Assembly: GCA_028698185.1 (NCBI GenBank)
Contig: JAQVDW010000011.1
Coordinates: 1 to 32,000, forward strand
Source of the DNA: Erysipelotrichaceae bacterium
Lineage (GTDB): Bacteria; Bacillota_I; Bacilli_A; Erysipelotrichales; Coprobacillaceae
Length of the DNA stretch: 32,000 nt
Direction of reading: 5' to 3'
Positions within the stretch are counted from its first letter, which is position 1. Each line of letters starts with the position of its first letter. Positions 24,462 to 31,343 of this stretch are shown one piece after another. Under the pieces are notes generated by a model, which saw only the letters and a program-made list of their open reading frames with translations, searched no databases and was not told the origin of the DNA. Position numbers and translations under genes: made by a program.

Positions 24462-24757
24462 GGGACTGCCTCCAAAATCAAAAGATGCATCTAGGTTTAT
24501 TTGGTTTTAAGGGACGACAACGGGAGGGCCGATGCCATTTCCGAGGTCATGGGGTTTGGTCTTGATATCCGGTTATCTACTATAATCATAGCACTGTGGC
24601 AGCCCAAATCAAACAGGTTTATCCCTGTTTTTATCCTTGCCATCGATGAATGTTGCAATTCGTCATAATTGCCAGGAATGTCATTGTTGTATTATAATAC
24701 AGTTAGGTTTGAAAAGCTTGATGGACAACATTCAAATTAGAAAGTGGGGTGTCACTA

Positions 24758-25753
24758 ATGATAAAGAATCAATGGTATGCGGTGCTGGAGTCGAAAGAAC
24801 TCAAGAGAAACAGGCTGGTCGGGGTCACCAGACTGTCACAAAAACTCGTATTCTGGCGTGATGGTGACGGTATCGGTTGCATTTTTGACAGGTGCTGCCA
24901 CCGGGGTGCGTCGCTAGGGCAAGGGGCGCTGGTGGAAAATCATGTCGAATGCCCGTTTCATGGCTTCAGGTACGACTCCAAAGGCCGGGTCACCATGATT
25001 CCAGCCAACGGGAAGGGTGCCAAAGTCCCTGAACGCTTCAAAGTGGACAGCTTTCCAGCCCGGGAGGCGTATGGATTCATCTGGGTCTGGTATGGCGATT
25101 GCAAGGACGAGCTGCCGGAGATCCAGTTCTTCGAGGAGCTCAAGACCGGCTATGCCTCCGGCGGATTTTCCGAGGTCTGGGATGTCCATTACACCCGGGC
25201 AATCGAGAACCAGCTCGACGTGGTCCACCTGCCCTTTGTCCATAAGACGACAATCGGCAAAGGGGGCAAGACCCTGGTCAACGGTCCGGTTGTCAAATGG
25301 GATGACAATCTGATGACGTTCTATGTCAAAAACGAGCAGGATCACGGCCAGATTCCCCAACGCCCCGGAGAGGTGGAGGATTACAGGAAACTTTTCCATC
25401 TCCAGCTGCTTATGCCCAATGTCTGGCAGAATGTGATCTCGGACCGCTTCAGGATCGTGGCGGTTTTCGCCCCGATTGATGAAGGCAGCACCCGGATCTA
25501 TATCCATATCTACCAGAACTTCCTCAAAGCGCCACTTTTAAGCCGGGCGGTGAGCCTGATCGGTTCGCTGGGCAACCGGATTGTGCTCCACCAGGACCGC
25601 CGGGTCGTGCTTGGACAGTTGCCGATTAGAAGCGAACTGAGGATGGACGAGAACCTCATCCAGGGCGACCTGCCGATAATCGAATATCGCAAGAAAAGGG
25701 AAGCGTTGAAAAAAGCGGCAACCTCGAACCAGGGCGATGGCGCCAATGATTGA
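24758..25753 (+). CDS. Rieske [2Fe-2S] non-heme iron oxygenase, alpha-subunit-like
   Basis: Rieske motif CCHRGASL-x-CPFHGFRY (CxH-x16-CxxH). Mononuclear iron motif NQLDVVHLPFVH (D-x2-H-x4-H). The start is taken as the ATG at 24758, after GTGGGGTG. Confidence 0.82.
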   Translation: MIKNQWYAVLESKELKRNRLVGVTRLSQKLVFWRDGDGIGCIFDRCCHRGASLGQGALVENHVECPFHGFRYDSKGRVTMIPANGKGAKVPERFKVDSFPAREAYGFIWVWYGDCKDELPEIQFFEELKTGYASGGFSEVWDVHYTRAIENQLDVVHLPFVHKTTIGKGGKTLVNGPVVKWDDNLMTFYVKNEQDHGQIPQRPGEVEDYRKLFHLQLLMPNVWQNVISDRFRIVAVFAPIDEGSTRIYIHIYQNFLKAPLLSRAVSLIGSLGNRIVLHQDRRVVLGQLPIRSELRMDENLIQGDLPIIEYRKKREALKKAATSNQGDGAND

Positions 25754-25760
25754 AGATAGG

Positions 25761-25810
25761 CCTTTTTTGGAATCGGGGATGATTTTCCTTTTTCCAAAAA
25801 GGTCTTTTTT
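25761..25810 (+). terminator. Intrinsic terminator after the Rieske gene
   Basis: CCTTTTTTGGAA (25761-25772) pairs with TTCCAAAAAGG (25792-25802) with one bulged base. TCTTTTTT follows. Confidence 0.6.
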
Positions 25811-25964
25811 CGTGTCCGGATTCGCAGTTCGGTTTTTACAATTCTCGCATTTGATGCTTCTTTTAGGAGGCCAAAGTGCTATAATTATTTTAGAAAACCG
25901 GATATGTCCGGATAAAACCTGGACAAACCGGAAATACCAAGGCCAAAAACAAGAGGGACATATT

Positions 25965-26501
25965 ATGAACCAAACCGAAAAGCGCCGGGCGCAACTGATC
26001 AGGGAACTGGTAAAATTGACGGACGAAGAAATGTTCGATGAGGAATTTATCCACCTGTTGCTAAACCAGAAGCTGTCGTTGAATCCAAGCGATGACAAGA
26101 ACATGACATTAGGTGAAAAGGCCGCCGACAAGGTGGCACGATTTGCCGGGTCATGGGCATTCATCTTCTCGTTTGTATCCTGCATCGTGATCTGGATAAT
26201 CATCAATCTTCTCATGATGGCCGATGCCTTCGACCAGTATCCCTTCATCCTGCTCAACCTGATTCTTTCATGCGTGGCGGCCATCCAGGCGCCACTTATC
26301 ATGATGAGCCAAAACCGCCAGGAGGCCAAGGACCGCGAACGGGCGGAGAATGACTTCCGGGTCAATCTTAAAAGCGAGGCCATCATCGGGGACCTCCATT
26401 CCAAGATGGAGGAGGTATTGAAAACCCAGCATCGCATAATCATGGAACTCGAACAACTCAAGAAACAGGATGAAAACTCGAACACCAAATTTCCCAATTA
26501 G
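25965..26501 (+). CDS. DUF1003 family membrane protein
   Basis: FAGSWAFIFSFVSCIVIWIIIN...FDQYPFILLNLILSCVAAIQAPLIMMSQNRQEAKDRERAENDFRVNLKSE is the typical DUF1003 core. The start is taken as the ATG at 25965, after AAGAGGGA. Confidence 0.8.
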   Translation: MNQTEKRRAQLIRELVKLTDEEMFDEEFIHLLLNQKLSLNPSDDKNMTLGEKAADKVARFAGSWAFIFSFVSCIVIWIIINLLMMADAFDQYPFILLNLILSCVAAIQAPLIMMSQNRQEAKDRERAENDFRVNLKSEAIIGDLHSKMEEVLKTQHRIIMELEQLKKQDENSNTKFPN

Positions 26502-27030
26502 ACAACCCATTAAGCCGATATTGATTGAACAATCGCCAAAACAGGGAGGCCACCGTTATGAAATCTTCAAGGCCAAAAAGCTGGCTGCAATGCAAAGACA
26601 GGCAGTGGAGGAAGCCCTGTGCTTTGGCTGGATCGACGGCAAGATGTTTCGCGTCGATGAAGAGCGGTTCATCATCTTTATGACACCGCGGGCTCCCGGG
26701 AGCGTCTGGTCGAAAAACAACCGGGACCGCGTTGAGGCTCTGATGGCAAAAGGAATGGTGCATGAATCCGGACTTGAAAAGATCAGGATGGCCCAGGCCA
26801 ACGGCCAATGGGAAAAAGCGTACAGTGCCAGGAGTGCTCCCCTTATTCCCGGTGACCTGCTCGAAGCCCTGAAAAGACAGGAAGGCGCGCTGGAAAACTT
26901 CAATGGGTGGACCAACAGCCAGCAGCTTGGTGCAATCTTCTGGCTCGACCAGGCCAAACGGCCCCAAACCCGGACGAAGCGGATTGAAAGGATCGTCGTT
27001 GCCGCCTGGAACAATCTTCCTTTAAGGTAG
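26470..27030 (+). CDS. YdeI/OmpD-associated family protein
   Basis: EALCFGWIDG, TPRAPGSVWSKNNRDRVEALMAKGMVHESGL, ANGQWEKAY, and the C-terminal block FWLDQAKRPQTRTKRIERIV. The start is uncertain: the ATG at 26470 overlaps the upstream gene by 32 nt and has a weak RBS. Confidence 0.7.
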   Translation: MKTRTPNFPIRQPIKPILIEQSPKQGGHRYEIFKAKKLAAMQRQAVEEALCFGWIDGKMFRVDEERFIIFMTPRAPGSVWSKNNRDRVEALMAKGMVHESGLEKIRMAQANGQWEKAYSARSAPLIPGDLLEALKRQEGALENFNGWTNSQQLGAIFWLDQAKRPQTRTKRIERIVVAAWNNLPLR

Positions 27031-27112
27031 CCGATGACATTGACGACAAATCATCGCACTAGTTTATTTGAATCATTTTCAAATTGGATCTGCATATCGA
27101 GGAGATGATATT

Positions 27113-28648
27113 ATGGCATTATTTGACAGCAAACTCAAAGATCGCAGCGGCAATGTGATCTACAAGGGCAAACTCAAGGATGGCAAACCCCATGGCCAGG
27201 GAAGTGCATATTCGCCCGATGGAGTGAAGACTTACCAGGGAGAATGGGAATATGGCCTGCAAAAAGGCCGGGGTATCCAGTATTACAAGGACGGGTCCAA
27301 AGAGTATGAGGGCGAATGGCTTATCGGCAAACCCAACGGCTATGGCATCCTTTATGACAACAAGGGATCCAAGGTATATGCCGGCCGGTTTGCCGACAAC
27401 ATGTTCCAGGGTGATGGCATCAGCTATTATCCAAGCGGCATGAAACAATATGAGGGCACCTTTGTCCAGTCCAAGCCCGCCGGCTATGGCACAAGTTACC
27501 ATGAAAACGGCAATATCGCCTGCCAGGGCAGCTGGGAAAACGGCCACGCGCAGGGTGAGGCTCTTAGCTTCCACGAAGATGGCAGCAGACAGTACGAAGG
27601 AAGCTTCGATAAGGGGCTCTATCACGGTTATGGGGTCCTGTATGACCGTGCCGGCCGGGTGGTCTTTCAGGGCCAATTCGAAAACGGCCGGATAATAGGC
27701 CCGGCCAAGTCCGATAGGGTCCTGGCAAAAGAAGAAGCTTCAAGCCTGCCAGGAGGGGAATTGCGCGATGAAAACGGCAGCCTCGTTTACCGGGGCAACC
27801 TGGAAAACGGGGTCCGCTCGGGCATGGGGATCTCATATTACAAAGACGGAACCAGGGAATACGAGGGTTCCTGGCATGACGACAAACACCATGGCTATGG
27901 CAAGATGTACCGGCCGGGCGGATCGCTCTGGTTTGAAGGAAGTTATGTGGCCGGCGTGGAAAACGGATACGGAGTGCTCTATTCTTCGCTTAGTGGCCGG
28001 AAGGTCAAAGAAGGCAACTTTGTTGACGGAGTCCTTTCAGGAGAGGGGATATCCTACTTTGAAAGTGGCGCCAAGGAATATGAGGGCAGCTGGAAGGACG
28101 GGAAAAAGGACGGCCAGGGGACTTTATACAACCAGGACGGGACAGTTGGCTACAGCGGCAACTGGGTCAATGACATGAGCGGTGACCAACTGAAGGAAAA
28201 GACCGGTTCTATCTATGAATCCGGCGAACTCAGGTACCTCGGCGAGATGCGCAATGGCCTGCCTGATGGCCGCGGGACATCCTATTATTCATCCGATGCC
28301 CGGGAATATGTGGGCGACTGGGTCAATGGCAAAAAAAGTGGCGAAGGGACGATGTACACCCTGCCGGGTGAAAAATATTATGAAGGATTCTGGCTTGACA
28401 ATGAATGGACTGCGGGAACCTGGTATTATGACAACGGCATAAAGCGTTACGAAGGTGATTTTGCCAGCGGCCACCGCTACCACGGTTATGGGATATCCTA
28501 TTATAGAAACGGCAACGTCGAATACAAGGGGATGTGGAACCATGGCATGAAACAGGGAAGAGGAACTTTGTATGACGAGTCAGGCAATGTCATTCATGAG
28601 GGGTTGTGGCAGTTGGACAAACCGGCCGGCAAGCAAACGGATCTTTGA
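27113..28648 (+). CDS. MORN-repeat protein (roughly 20 tandem 23-aa repeats), predicted cytoplasmic
   Basis: The unit Y-x-G-x-W/F-x-x-G-K/L-x-x-G-x-G-x-x-Y-x-x-x-G-x-x repeats throughout (for example YEGEWLIGKPNGYGILYDNKGSKV). There is no signal peptide or TM segment. The start is taken as the ATG at 27113, after GAGGAG. Confidence 0.85.
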   Translation: MALFDSKLKDRSGNVIYKGKLKDGKPHGQGSAYSPDGVKTYQGEWEYGLQKGRGIQYYKDGSKEYEGEWLIGKPNGYGILYDNKGSKVYAGRFADNMFQGDGISYYPSGMKQYEGTFVQSKPAGYGTSYHENGNIACQGSWENGHAQGEALSFHEDGSRQYEGSFDKGLYHGYGVLYDRAGRVVFQGQFENGRIIGPAKSDRVLAKEEASSLPGGELRDENGSLVYRGNLENGVRSGMGISYYKDGTREYEGSWHDDKHHGYGKMYRPGGSLWFEGSYVAGVENGYGVLYSSLSGRKVKEGNFVDGVLSGEGISYFESGAKEYEGSWKDGKKDGQGTLYNQDGTVGYSGNWVNDMSGDQLKEKTGSIYESGELRYLGEMRNGLPDGRGTSYYSSDAREYVGDWVNGKKSGEGTMYTLPGEKYYEGFWLDNEWTAGTWYYDNGIKRYEGDFASGHRYHGYGISYYRNGNVEYKGMWNHGMKQGRGTLYDESGNVIHEGLWQLDKPAGKQTDL

Positions 28649-28737
28649 CAGAGGTAAGATAGGGGCGTTCTTTGTGGGACCGGGAAGAAAAAGTCAAAAT
28701 GATTTTTTCCAATCGCTCAAGTTCCGGGACTTTTTGC

Positions 28738-28766
28738 TTTACAATCCGATGCGGGCGTGATAATAT
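28738..28766 (+). promoter_or_regulatory. Sigma-A type promoter of the preQ1 riboswitch-queT unit
   Basis: TTTACA (28738-28743), a 17-nt spacer, then TAATAT (28761-28766). The predicted transcription start coincides with the aptamer 5' end. Confidence 0.6.
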
Positions 28767-28772
28767 GACGTC

Positions 28773-28808
28773 GCTGGTTGAAGCCAAACCCAGGATAAAA
28801 AACTTTCG
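28773..28808 (+). promoter_or_regulatory. preQ1-I riboswitch aptamer
   Basis: GCUGGUUGAAGCCAAACCCAGGAUAAAAAACUUUCG aligns with the B. subtilis queC aptamer AGAGGUUCUAGCUACACCCUCUAUAAAAAACUAAGG. Shared elements are P1 CUGG/CCAG, GGUU, ACCC and the AUAAAAAACU tail. It lies upstream of queT. Confidence 0.8.
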
Positions 28809-28825
28809 AAAGAAAAGTTATATCG

Positions 28826-28849
28826 AAGATGGCTCCGGCCGTCTTTTTT
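28826..28849 (+). terminator. Riboswitch expression-platform terminator
   Basis: AAGATGGC-TCCG-GCCGTCTT hairpin (one G-U pair) followed by TTTT(TT). Confidence 0.7.
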
Positions 28850-28881
28850 GATTGAACGATTTTATATTAAGGAGCTAACCA

Positions 28882-29358
28882 ATGAACAATCTTACTTTGA
28901 AAAACCTGCTTGTCAACGGCCTGATCGCCGCCACCTATGCAGCCTTGACGATACTCATCTATCCCTTGTCTTATGGAGCGATCCAGATGCGGATTTCCGA
29001 AATCATGGTCTTTCTGGCTTTCTACAACAAGAAATTCATCCCGGGTCTGACCCTGGGCTGTCTTATCGCGAACATCCCGTCGACCTTGGGGGCGATGGAC
29101 ATGGTCTTTGGCACAGTCTCGACTTTGATCGTGACAATTTTGATGTACAAGATTGACAACCGCTTTTTGGCGGCATTTGCCGGAGCTCTTGTGACCGGCG
29201 CGATCATCGGCTGGGAACTTTCGATTGCTTTTGGGATCCCGTTTCTAATCAACGCCTTTTATGTCTTTGTGGGCGAAGCCATCATCCTTGCCATCGGCGC
29301 CTTTGCCTTTGGCATCATCGAGAAAAACCAGGCTTTCATCAATCTGGTCAGGGAGTAG
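28882..29358 (+). CDS. queT: Queuosine precursor transporter QueT (ECF S-component)
   Basis: 158 aa with about 5 TM. NGLIAATYAALTILIYPLSYGAIQMRISEIMVFLAFYN is typical of QueT. It is preceded by a preQ1-I riboswitch. AAGGAG is the RBS. Confidence 0.8.
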   Translation: MNNLTLKNLLVNGLIAATYAALTILIYPLSYGAIQMRISEIMVFLAFYNKKFIPGLTLGCLIANIPSTLGAMDMVFGTVSTLIVTILMYKIDNRFLAAFAGALVTGAIIGWELSIAFGIPFLINAFYVFVGEAIILAIGAFAFGIIEKNQAFINLVRE

Positions 29359-29360
29359 AA

Positions 29361-29387
29361 AAAAATACCGCAGCGTGCGGTATTTTT
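29361..29387. terminator. Bidirectional terminator between queT and cysE
   Basis: ATACCGCA-GCG-TGCGGTAT stem (29365-29383) flanked by AAAAA and TTTTT. It abuts the cysE stop codon. Confidence 0.75.
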
Positions 29388-30279
29388 ATTTTTTCAGTTT
29401 GCGGTATTTGTGTTCGGGCAGGGAGATAAGCACCTGGGTGTAAGGCGGAATCGAGTTGGTGATGAAACTGTTGCCTCCGATCACGCTGTTGTGGCCGATC
29501 ACGGTTTCGCCGCCAAGCACGGTCGTGTTGGCATACAGGACGACATTATCCTCGATGGTCGGGTGGCGTTTTACCCCTTTGAGGCCTTGGCCTTTGGCGG
29601 TCGACAGGGCCCCGACGGTGACTCCCTGGTAGATCTTGACATGGTTCCCGATCTGGGCGGTCTCGCCGATGACGATTCCGGTACCGTGGTCGATCATGAA
29701 ATATTCACCGATGGTTGCTCCCGGGTTGATGTCGATCCCGGTGCGGCTGTGGGCCTCTTCCGACATCATTCTAGGAATGAAGGGAACCTTGGCCTTGTAG
29801 AGCTCATGGGCGATCCGGTAGACGAAAATGGCATACAGGCCCGGATACGAGAAGATGATGCCTTCGTGGCTGTCGGCAGCCGGGTCACCGTCCATCATCG
29901 CCTGGACATCCTTCATCAGCTTGGTCTGGATTTCTGGCATCTTGGTGATGAAATCCATCACGATCTCATGCGATTTTTCCTGGAGTTTGGGACAGTTTTC
30001 AGTCTCGTAGTTAAGGGCGATCTGGACCTGATTGACCATGTCCTCGTAGATGCGCGCCAGGATCGATCCAGCAAAATTGTCCAGGGAATTGAATTTGGGA
30101 TTTTCCGGTCCGAAGAATCCCGGGAACATCAGGCGGCGGATATCCTTCATAGTATCCAGCACCGCCTTTAGATTTGGCAGTTTATAACAATGGCGCTCAT
30201 CGAAATCCTCATAGCCGCGGTAATTGCGGGCGAGTTCCTTCGCGATCACATTGATATCTTCTTTTGTCTTATTACTCAT
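29386..30279 (-). CDS. cysE: Serine O-acetyltransferase
   Basis: DPAADSHEGIIFSYPGLYAIFVYRIAHELY (SATase N-terminal domain), followed by left-handed beta-helix hexapeptide repeats (GIDINPGATIGEYFMIDHGTGIVIGETAQIGNHVKIYQGVTVG). The start is taken as the ATG at 30279, after GAGGTGA. Confidence 0.88.
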   Translation of the reverse strand: MSNKTKEDINVIAKELARNYRGYEDFDERHCYKLPNLKAVLDTMKDIRRLMFPGFFGPENPKFNSLDNFAGSILARIYEDMVNQVQIALNYETENCPKLQEKSHEIVMDFITKMPEIQTKLMKDVQAMMDGDPAADSHEGIIFSYPGLYAIFVYRIAHELYKAKVPFIPRMMSEEAHSRTGIDINPGATIGEYFMIDHGTGIVIGETAQIGNHVKIYQGVTVGALSTAKGQGLKGVKRHPTIEDNVVLYANTTVLGGETVIGHNSVIGGNSFITNSIPPYTQVLISLPEHKYRKLKK

Positions 30280-30345
30280 GCTTTCACCTCTTAGACAATT
30301 ATAACCCATCCTCAATGAAATTGAAAATGATTAGTAAAAATTATT

Positions 30346-30783
30346 CTAAATGTCCAGCAGTCCGGCGATGTCGTCGGACGAATAGATTTCCAAACCGGCC
30401 TGTTCGAGCGACTCTGCGGCGATTCCATTGCCGGGAATCAGGGTTCTAGAAAAGGTGCCATCATAGATCAGACCGTAGCCACATGAGGGTGAACGGGCCT
30501 GAAGCAGGGCCTTGTGGCAGTCGCAGATCCGGGCGATCTTCACAGATTGCGCGGCGCCATTGAAAAACTCCCGGTCGAAGTTCTGGCCATCCTGGTTGAA
30601 AACGTGGCCCGATTTCAATTCGACGGGTTTTCTGGGGGTGGCCATGCCCCCGAGGATTTCGGGACATACCGGTATCAGGTTGTATCTGGCCTTGAGCTCT
30701 TCGAGCCCCTTGATCAGGTTGTTGTTGCCATCATAACGGCAGTCAACGCCAAGCAAACAGGCGCTGATAAGCAGATTTTCCAT
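30346..30783 (-). CDS. DUF523 family protein (TudS-like thiouracil desulfidase fold, Fe-S)
   Basis: LLISACLLGVDCRYDG, LIPVCPEILGGMATPRKPVEL and LLQARSPSCG are the conserved DUF523 Cys blocks. The start is taken as the ATG at 30783, after AAGGAG. The 104-codon upstream extension of the track ORF has no support. Confidence 0.78.
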   Translation of the reverse strand: MENLLISACLLGVDCRYDGNNNLIKGLEELKARYNLIPVCPEILGGMATPRKPVELKSGHVFNQDGQNFDREFFNGAAQSVKIARICDCHKALLQARSPSCGYGLIYDGTFSRTLIPGNGIAAESLEQAGLEIYSSDDIAGLLDI

Positions 30784-31126
30784 ATGTCTTCTCCTTTTTT
30801 CAATTGTACCATAAAAGGCCGCTTGAATAAACACTGAGAATTTTCGCTTGCGATCATCTGGCTTGGGGGTGGGAAATTGGATAATCCAGACCAGGAATTT
30901 CAAAGGAGAGATCAATGAAAACTTTTTTAGAAAGTTGTTGCGTTTTTTCCATGAGCGAAGCCGCCCCAAAAAGGATCTTCGTCCGCCAGGATGAGAAGAA
31001 TCCGCCGAGCTTGTTTCGATCCGGTCGAATCCCTTTTTCCATGCCCAATCAAAAAAATCCCGGGAAGAGGCTAAGGAGATGCAGGCTTTAGACAAGTGTC
31101 ATCTGGGTTATTGGAGCACTTTTTTC

Positions 31127-31154
31127 TTTACAAACGGCGGTTAAATGCTATAAT
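31127..31154 (+). promoter_or_regulatory. Promoter of the FMN riboswitch-ribU unit
   Basis: TTTACA (31127-31132), a 16-nt spacer ending in TGC, then TATAAT (31149-31154). Confidence 0.6.
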
Positions 31155-31167
31155 ACGAATGAAAATA

Positions 31168-31272
31168 TAAGTCTTCAGGGCAGGGTTTGATTCCCGACCG
31201 GCGGTGACAGTCCGCGAGCGCAAGCTGAGTAGGTGCGATTCCTACACCGACAGTAAAGTCTGGATGGAAGAA
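31168..31272 (+). promoter_or_regulatory. FMN riboswitch (RFN element)
   Basis: GUCUUCAGGGCAGGGUUUGAUUCCCGACCGGCGGUGACAGUCCGCGAGC...CCGACAGUAAAGUCUGGAUGGAAGAAGA carries the conserved RFN blocks: AGGGCAGGGU, UUCCCGACCGGCGGU, AGUCCGCGAGC, CCGACAGU, AGUCUGGAUG and GAAGA closing P1. Confidence 0.9.
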
Positions 31273-31290
31273 GATATGACATCTTTTTTT
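31269..31290 (+). terminator. FMN riboswitch expression-platform terminator
   Basis: AGAAGAU-AUGAC-AUCUUUU hairpin followed by a U run. Its 5' arm overlaps the 3' strand of P1, so the two structures are mutually exclusive. Confidence 0.65.
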
Positions 31291-31343
31291 GCCGTTCATG
31301 GAGACAGGTCTTTTCATGATATTTTTATTTTAAGGAGATGTTT

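Noticed and set aside
24611-24632. An orphan hairpin, AAACAGG-TTTATC-CCTGTTT, followed by Ts, in the lipoprotein/Rieske intergenic region and downstream of a TACTATAAT element.
   Set aside because: The stem has only three G-C pairs. The element overlaps the predicted -35 box (TTGATT) of the minus-strand lipoprotein promoter. An sRNA of about 45 nt is possible but unsupported.
25538-26497. A 319-aa minus-strand ORF, one of the longest in the track.
   Set aside because: It is antisense to the 3' end of the Rieske gene, to the terminator and promoter region, and to the whole DUF1003 gene. DUF1003 has an unmistakable conserved core on the plus strand. The translation is Ser/Arg/Trp-rich with no motif and no RBS. 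I read it as a shadow ORF.
27113-28648. Periodic nucleotide-level repetition of about 69 bp, which could be mistaken for a repeat array or CRISPR.
   Set aside because: The periodicity is in-frame and degenerate at the DNA level, and it corresponds exactly to MORN protein repeats. There are no identical direct repeats with unique spacers.
29410-30171. A 253-aa plus-strand ORF antisense to cysE. Similar antisense ORFs occur at 16482-17171, 14300-14800, 27119-27676, 21613-22125, 24914-25507, 463-948 and 991-1533.
   Set aside because: Each lies fully inside a gene with strong family motifs on the opposite strand. None has an RBS, and the translations are low-complexity (Asp/Gly/Val/His-rich). 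These are typical shadow ORFs of moderately GC-rich coding DNA.
30280-30345. I expected a T-box leader upstream of cysE.
   Set aside because: Only 66 nt separate cysE from the preceding gene. I could find no specifier loop or T-box sequence (AAnnnGGGUGGUACCGCG) here or upstream of DUF523. The GGGGGTGGG at about 30865 is on the wrong strand and lacks the UACCGCG half.
30784-31095. A 104-codon N-terminal extension of the DUF523 ORF.
   Set aside because: DUF523 proteins are about 140-160 aa and begin at the LLISACLLG block. The ATG at 30783 has AAGGAG, and a TGgTACAAT promoter lies just upstream. The extension would have to be translated across that promoter.
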